Assembly: GCA_038323535.1 (NCBI GenBank)
Contig: JBBQGZ010000001.1
Span: 992 to 64,991 of the forward strand
Length of the DNA stretch: 64,000 nt
DNA from: Caulobacterales bacterium
GTDB lineage: Bacteria > Pseudomonadota > Alphaproteobacteria > Caulobacterales > Caulobacteraceae
Reading direction: 5' to 3'
Within the stretch, counting starts at the first letter, position 1. The number at the start of each line of letters is the position of its first letter. Made by a program: the position numbers and the translations under genes. Of this stretch, positions 58,492 to 64,000 are shown piece after piece. A model generated the notes under the pieces. The model searched no databases. It was given only the letters and a program-made list of their open reading frames with translations, and had not been told where the DNA came from.

Positions 58492-59673
58492 ATGTCGAAA
58501 CGCGTCACCTTCCATGTCGGGCTCCACAAGACGGGATCCTCGACCATTCAACAGTATTTGCGAGATCACGACGAGAAGCTTCGTTCTCATGGCATCCTCT
58601 ATCCGGGGCCGCGCGAACACGAGGTGATGAACGAGCGGGAAAGCCACCCCCTCATGTTCATCGCCATGACCCGGTTGATGACGGCCCCTTCGGCAGGCTT
58701 GGACCTGCAGGGCTGTCGGGAGGTGGTGGCGGGGGTCTTCAGGAAGTTTCACCAATCGGAATTCGAGAACCTGATTTGGTCCTATGAAGCGATGGCGCTC
58801 ACCTCCCGCGCTTGGGATGCGGACTATCTGGAAGGAATTTTGCACGGCGCCGATGTGCGCATTGTTTTCATCGCCAGATACACGGACGACTGGATCGAGT
58901 CGCTCTACAGGGAAATCATCCGGTCCCGGGCCGGCCCGCGGGCGGAAGTCTTCTACGCGCTACCGATGCCGCCGATCGCACCGCCCTCGATCGCGCCGCC
59001 CTCGAGGGCTCAGAAGGCCGCCGGGGCTCGACCGCCGGAAAGCCTGCTGGAGCAGGGCGCCAGAATGACCAAGGCCTTGCGGATCATGCGGGACAAATTG
59101 CCCTCGGCCGAAATCGTGGTTCGATCGTTCGACGCGGATCGTGAGGAGGGAAGAGTCGTCTCCGGCGCCTTGGCGGCCATGGAGGTCCCGGTGGAAAGCG
59201 CCTTTCCTGACGCCGATGAGGAGGCCGGCGTCCGCAACCCGACGAAGTCAGACCTCTACAGCATGCTGCTCTATCACCTGATAGTGGCGCGAGCCGGGGT
59301 GGATGTGATCAGCGCCGTTCACGCCGCGGGCAGAAAGAGGGATCGCAAAGGCGTGCAGTTCGAACCGTTCAGCGGCCGGCGCTTCCGTTTCCTGTCGGAT
59401 GAAGAGACGATACGGGCGCGCGGCTACTATGAGCAGCTGCGAGAGGACTACCCCACCCTTCCGGCGCAGCCGCCGTATGTCTCCAAGCCAGCCGAACGAT
59501 ACCTGCTCAGGGATGAAGGCGTCGCGCTGCTGGACTGGCTGCGGCCGGATATTTCGGACGCCATCTTCGACCAGGCGTGCGCCGCCTATCCCGCGGATCC
59601 GAAGGCTGACCGAAAACACTCACGACGACCTCCGCGACCAGGGCACAGTCAGAGTAAATTATCCGCGCGGTAA
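58492..59673 (+). CDS. Sulfotransferase-fold protein, array copy 7 (subtype B)
   Basis: HVGLHKTGSSTIQ, LIWSYE, FIARYTDDWIES; short C-terminal extension. Confidence 0.75.
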   Translation: MSKRVTFHVGLHKTGSSTIQQYLRDHDEKLRSHGILYPGPREHEVMNERESHPLMFIAMTRLMTAPSAGLDLQGCREVVAGVFRKFHQSEFENLIWSYEAMALTSRAWDADYLEGILHGADVRIVFIARYTDDWIESLYREIIRSRAGPRAEVFYALPMPPIAPPSIAPPSRAQKAAGARPPESLLEQGARMTKALRIMRDKLPSAEIVVRSFDADREEGRVVSGALAAMEVPVESAFPDADEEAGVRNPTKSDLYSMLLYHLIVARAGVDVISAVHAAGRKRDRKGVQFEPFSGRRFRFLSDEETIRARGYYEQLREDYPTLPAQPPYVSKPAERYLLRDEGVALLDWLRPDISDAIFDQACAAYPADPKADRKHSRRPPRPGHSQSKLSAR

Positions 59674-59784
59674 CGAGCGAGTTGCCGGCAGTCTGACAGC
59701 ACCGGGCAGGGACATCCTCGTCCGGCGTAATGCCGAATACGGTCCCGTTGGGGGAGCCAGGTTTACTGACGGAACGATAGTATA

Positions 59785-60684
59785 TTACTCACAGCGGTGC
59801 GTACTCCACCGCGCCTTGAATTCGGCGATTTCATGCGCGCGATAGAAATGCGTGACGGCCGGCACGTCGTAGATTGCGTTCAGGGTCGCGGCGGGAAGGT
59901 GGAAACGCTCGCGAGTCTGAACGTAGAGCGGGTAGGATCGCCGCGTCGCCGCCGTGTTTACCTCCGGCAGCGCGAAATCGGGGTCTCCCAGAAACCTCTT
60001 CGCCGCGTCGTGCAGGAGTTGGCGCGTCGATGCTTCGGATGCGATGTCTTCGGCGCGATAGACGAGCAACGCGACGCCGGGGCTGTTCAAGCACTGGGCC
60101 CCACCGCCGGACGGGAACGGCGATGAGAATATATCGAGACCGAAGACCGCTAGAAGTTCCTCGTCGAACCAGGTTCGATAGGCCCCGATCATGCGCCACG
60201 CCAGCCGCTCGAAGCTGCCGGTGGGCTCGGTCCCCGCCAGGACCCATCGCCATAGCTCGCCGAGAACCGCGCACACCGCATCGGCGCTCGCCCCGTCCTT
60301 CGCGCTGAGGCTCCCGCCTGTATGGCCGCAGAAGTCCGCCAGGAAGCTCAGAAGCGACAGCGATCGGGCGACTGGGTCGCGCATGCCCGTGATCACGCGG
60401 ATCTCCTGCCGGCGTTCGCGCGCGGCTTCGATCTGCGCAATTCCTTTCCTGCCTTTGCGCACGATATCGCGCGCAATGAGCGGGTTGACGATGGAATTGT
60501 TCTCGCGCGGAGTGGCCAGGATCGCCGCGATGGCCTGAAGATTGGCCGCGGTCAAATAGTGGGCGTGGACGGGAGCCACCCCGCCTTGTCCAGCCGCCGG
60601 CGCCGCCGCCTCGACCCAGGCGAGCGAGGCCACCTTCGCCATCTGGTGCACGACGATTAGCCTTCCGCTGCTCACGCGCGCCAC
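59785..60684 (-). CDS. Sulfotransferase-like protein (resembles the putative capsular polysaccharide synthesis/NKWYS family)
   Basis: HQMAKVAS (degenerate 5'PSB), ITGMRDPVARSLS (3'PB), WFDEEL..FGLDIF..PF. Confidence 0.65.
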   Translation of the reverse strand: MARVSSGRLIVVHQMAKVASLAWVEAAAPAAGQGGVAPVHAHYLTAANLQAIAAILATPRENNSIVNPLIARDIVRKGRKGIAQIEAARERRQEIRVITGMRDPVARSLSLLSFLADFCGHTGGSLSAKDGASADAVCAVLGELWRWVLAGTEPTGSFERLAWRMIGAYRTWFDEELLAVFGLDIFSSPFPSGGGAQCLNSPGVALLVYRAEDIASEASTRQLLHDAAKRFLGDPDFALPEVNTAATRRSYPLYVQTRERFHLPAATLNAIYDVPAVTHFYRAHEIAEFKARWSTHRCE

Positions 60685-60690
60685 CGGTCC

Positions 60691-61932
60691 TCAAACAAAG
60701 TCGGCCCAGGCGCGGGCCATGGCCGGAACACGCGTCCGCGTTTCCCAGACCACCGACCCCGGGACGAGGCGTAGGTCGGGATGGGCGAGCAGGGCGGCAA
60801 TCGCCACCTCCGACTCCATCTGGGCCAGCGCGGCGCCCAGGCAGCGATAAGCGCCATGGCCGAAGGCGAGGGAGTCCGGCCCCTCTCGGTCGATGTCGAT
60901 GGCGTCGGGATCCGGAAAGGCGGCCGGATCGCGGTTGGCGGCGCCCAGGATGATGGTGACCCGCTCGCCGGCGCGGATCGTCTCGCCGCTGAACTGGCAA
61001 TCGCGCGCGGCGATGCGAGCGACATACTGGAAGGGGGAGGCGAGACGCAGAAACTCCCGCACCGCTCCGGCCACTTTACCCGGCTCGGCGATCAGGCGCG
61101 CGCGCACGTCGCTTCGTTCCAGCAGCATGACTGCCGAGGCGGGGATGCCCGTCGCCGTCGACTCCTGGCCTCCGCTGAAAATGAATGTGAGCAAACCGGC
61201 AAGATCCCGATCACTCAATCCCAGGTCGCTGTCGCTGCGTTCCACCAGTTGCGAAAAACGGCTCTCGTCGGGTCGCGCACGGTTGCGGCCGATCTCCAGC
61301 TCAAAATAATCCAGAAGTTTGCCGGCCCGTGCTTCGGCTTGCCGCAATTCACGCAACGATCGCGGCGTCAAATCAAAGATCCAGGCTACCTCGCGGGCAG
61401 TCGCGGCCTGGGCGAGACAGTCTTCCGATGGCAAGCCGAGCAGGGTCTGGATAGTAAAAATGGCCAAGTCGCGTCCAAAACCGGCCGCCAAGTCGAGTCT
61501 TCCGACCTGGCGCGCGGCAAGCAGAAGGCCAGCGGCGCGCCGCTCGAGCCCGGCGCGAATTCCAGCCACTTCCGGGCCCTGAAAGAGGCGGGACATGAAT
61601 TTCCGCAATTGAATATGGCGCGGTGGATTGGTGAAGAAGGCGACGTTCGACAGAACGGTCCTGAGATTTGGCAGCGAGGGTCCGCCGCGTCGCTCGAGGA
61701 GATCGAAACGCGCGATCGGATCGTCGGCGAGAAAGGCCGGATCGCTCAGGACCGACAGCGCGTCGGCGTGCCGCGTCAGGACCCAACCGCCGAAATGGCG
61801 GCTCCAATGGACCGGCGCGGCCTCGCGCAGCAGCGCGTAGGTCGAGACGAGGTTGTCTGGCGCCAACTGGGCGAGAGGATCCGGACTCAGGCTGGCGCGC
61901 GTTCCGCGCACGGCGGCGGATGTGTTGGTCAC
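60691..61932 (-). CDS. Cytochrome P450
   Basis: WVLTRHAD, NPPRH, SGGQEST (I-helix), EFLR, AANRDP, FGHGAYRCLG. Confidence 0.93.
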   Translation of the reverse strand: MTNTSAAVRGTRASLSPDPLAQLAPDNLVSTYALLREAAPVHWSRHFGGWVLTRHADALSVLSDPAFLADDPIARFDLLERRGGPSLPNLRTVLSNVAFFTNPPRHIQLRKFMSRLFQGPEVAGIRAGLERRAAGLLLAARQVGRLDLAAGFGRDLAIFTIQTLLGLPSEDCLAQAATAREVAWIFDLTPRSLRELRQAEARAGKLLDYFELEIGRNRARPDESRFSQLVERSDSDLGLSDRDLAGLLTFIFSGGQESTATGIPASAVMLLERSDVRARLIAEPGKVAGAVREFLRLASPFQYVARIAARDCQFSGETIRAGERVTIILGAANRDPAAFPDPDAIDIDREGPDSLAFGHGAYRCLGAALAQMESEVAIAALLAHPDLRLVPGSVVWETRTRVPAMARAWADFV

Positions 61933-61966
61933 GGAACCGAGCCCGGCGAGGTGAGGCTTCCGACGA

Positions 61967-62248
61967 TCATGGCGCGTCGAACTCCTCGGTGGTAGCGCCT
62001 CTTCCGTCGTGCTCGACCGCAGCGACCATGGCTTCGATCGTCGGATATTGCAGGAAGGCCGCGGGATCGATCTCGAAGCTCAATTCATCCTCCAAGGCCC
62101 CGGCCATCAGCACCGCCTCGATCGAATCGAGTCCGTAGCTTTCGAGAGTCCGGTCGAGCTCCACTTCCTTTTCCGGAATGCCGAGAACCTCGGCGAGATA
62201 CCGGCGCACCCATCCTCGAAGTTCGCTGTCGGCCAGAGCCTGGTTCAT
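61967..62248 (-). CDS. Acyl carrier protein (PKS-type)
   Basis: YGLDSIEAV phosphopantetheine Ser, YPTIEAM; start overlaps the FAAL stop (ATGA). Confidence 0.92.
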   Translation of the reverse strand: MNQALADSELRGWVRRYLAEVLGIPEKEVELDRTLESYGLDSIEAVLMAGALEDELSFEIDPAAFLQYPTIEAMVAAVEHDGRGATTEEFDAP

Positions 62249-63999
62249 TCGGCGCCCCCGTTGCGGGAGGCGCCGGTCTGAGGCGCCTTGGGACGCCAGC
62301 GGCTGAGTTCCGGGTGGCGCGACTCGACCAGGGGTGGGAGCAGGCCGTTCAAATATCGCTCCCGGCAGAGATGCCGCTGCACCTTGCCGCTCGTGGTCCG
62401 TGGCAGGACGCCGGCCCGAAGCAGCACGAGGTCGTAGAGGGCCAGGCCGAAGTTCAGGCTGATGGTCTCGGCCACCCGGGCCACCACGGCGGCCGAATCG
62501 AGCGTTTTCATCGCGGCGCGCTCCACCTCATGCACGAGCACCACCTGTTCGCCGGCGGGACTGTCGAACGAGAATGCACCGCCACCGCCGTGGCTCAAAG
62601 CGGGGTGGCACCGTTCGGCGGCGACTTCCAGATCGAGCGGATCGAAGTTCGCTCCACGGACGATGATCATGTCCTTGAGCCGGCCGGTCACCACCAGCCC
62701 CTCGACTGACATGAAGCCGAGGTCCCCCGTGCGCAGCCAGCCGCCGGACCTGTCGCCGTCGCAAAGGGTCGCATCGAACATTTCCGCGGTTTCCAGCGGG
62801 CGGCGCCAATAGCCTTGGCTTATGCTCGCACTGCGAAGCCAGATCTCCCCGACCTCGCCCGGAGGCGCCGCCATGCGGCGGACCGGATCGACCACGATGA
62901 GCTCGTGACGCGGCCAGGGATGACCGCAGGAGACCAGACGGCGGGTGCGTTCCGGGCTCGCCGGCGACGCGGCGCGTCCTTCGGCCAGGCTTGGACCGTC
63001 CACGGAGCAGACGTCGAACCCGCCGCCCGCCTTCACCGAAGCCGCGAGCAGCGTGGACTCGGCCAGACCATAGGCGGGGGCCAGCGCTTCAGGTCTGAAA
63101 CCGGCCGGGGCGAAGGTTTCGGCAAACCGTTCGAGCACTTCGGGCCGAATCATCTCGCCACCGCAAACGGCTATTCGCCAGCAGGAGAGATCGAGCGACG
63201 CGCGCTGCTGCGGCGTGGTTCGGCGCTCGCAAAGATCGTAGGCGAAGACCGGACCGGCGCTCAAGGTTCCGCGATAGCGATCGATGACCTCCAGCCAGCG
63301 CGCCGGCCGCTTCAAAAACGCGACCGGGGGCATCAGGACACAACGCAGGCCCGCATAAATGGGGAAAAATCCGAAACCGAAGAGGCCCATGTCGTGATTG
63401 AAGGGCAACCAATTCACCGCCGTCTCGCCTTCCTCGACTCGGGTGGCCTTGGCCATCGCTCCAAGGTTGCTCAGCAAGTTAGCATGCGTCAGCATCACGC
63501 CGCGCGGCGTGGTGGTTGAACCGGACGTGTATTGCAGCATCGCCAGGGAATGCGGGCCAGGCAAGGTGGACGGCGAAAACTCGACTGCTTTATCAACGTC
63601 GTCCGTGGTCAAAATACTTACGCCGGCGGGCGCTTCCTCAGTCACCCGCGCGGCGAGCGCGGCGACGGTCAGCATGCCCGCGGCGGAGGAATCGATCGCC
63701 AGCGCTCGGACGCGGTCCAGCGACTGCGCGCCGGGCAGCGGCGCCACGACCGCGATGGCGCCCGCATAGAAGCAGCCGAACAACGCCGCCAGCAAGTCCA
63801 GGCCGGAAGGATAGACCAGCAGGACCGGTTCGCCACCCAGACCGTGATCCAGCACAAGCCGCGCAATCGAACGGGCGCGGCGGTCGAGCCCGGCAAAGGT
63901 GATCCTTCCGGCTTCCCGCTCGCCGTTCTCGAGCCACAGGAAGGCTTCCTCATCGGGCGCGCGCAGGGCCCGACTGTGTAGAACATCGACCAGTGACGT
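62245..63999 (-). CDS. Fatty acyl-AMP ligase (FAAL), 5' end outside the window
   Basis: Frame open to the edge (TSLVDVLHSRA...AFLWLENGE); LQYTSGST, WLPFNHDMGL, YGLAEST, FAAL-type insertion before LVSCG, WLRTGDLG, PRTTSGKVQR. Confidence 0.93.
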   Translation of the reverse strand, partial: TSLVDVLHSRALRAPDEEAFLWLENGEREAGRITFAGLDRRARSIARLVLDHGLGGEPVLLVYPSGLDLLAALFGCFYAGAIAVVAPLPGAQSLDRVRALAIDSSAAGMLTVAALAARVTEEAPAGVSILTTDDVDKAVEFSPSTLPGPHSLAMLQYTSGSTTTPRGVMLTHANLLSNLGAMAKATRVEEGETAVNWLPFNHDMGLFGFGFFPIYAGLRCVLMPPVAFLKRPARWLEVIDRYRGTLSAGPVFAYDLCERRTTPQQRASLDLSCWRIAVCGGEMIRPEVLERFAETFAPAGFRPEALAPAYGLAESTLLAASVKAGGGFDVCSVDGPSLAEGRAASPASPERTRRLVSCGHPWPRHELIVVDPVRRMAAPPGEVGEIWLRSASISQGYWRRPLETAEMFDATLCDGDRSGGWLRTGDLGFMSVEGLVVTGRLKDMIIVRGANFDPLDLEVAAERCHPALSHGGGGAFSFDSPAGEQVVLVHEVERAAMKTLDSAAVVARVAETISLNFGLALYDLVLLRAGVLPRTTSGKVQRHLCRERYLNGLLPPLVESRHPELSRWRPKAPQTGASRNGGAE

Positions 64000-64000
64000 A

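Noticed and set aside
51923-59673. Diversity-generating retroelement or invertase shufflon explaining the array
   Set aside because: No reverse transcriptase or recombinase in the window, all copies share one orientation, and differences are not visibly adenine-specific.

Overview
GC-rich alphaproteobacterial chromosome segment, most likely Caulobacteraceae (clear fzlA ortholog; Caulobacter-like rnd-lptCAB-hpf-ptsN and aroA-cmk-rpsA-ihfB-mscL-trpFBA-accD-folC synteny). About 1-31.5 kb is mostly housekeeping, with two tRNAs (Leu-CAG, Ala-GGC). About 31.5-48 kb is mixed accessory DNA: glycosyltransferase, TPP enzyme/esterase/frameshifted P450, a MazEF-like TA pair, CYTH-CHAD, an output-less CHASE2 + small secreted protein + M48 peptidase operon, a DUF559 nuclease bracketed by hairpin inverted repeats, and a related empty repeat element. 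The most striking part is 48.7-64 kb: a 1016-aa glycine-rich exported-type protein, then a head-to-tail array of six full and one truncated paralogous sulfotransferase-fold genes (mosaic, four sharing a promoter-like motif), converging on a fatty acyl-AMP ligase - ACP - cytochrome P450 - sulfotransferase-like cluster that runs off the window end. Other oddities: an FKBP gene with two in-frame TAG codons, no rpoN between lptB and hpf, and a divergent citrate-synthase pair with an HTH-fused member and an ATCAA repeat between them. All product calls come from motif recognition by eye; no database searches were run.
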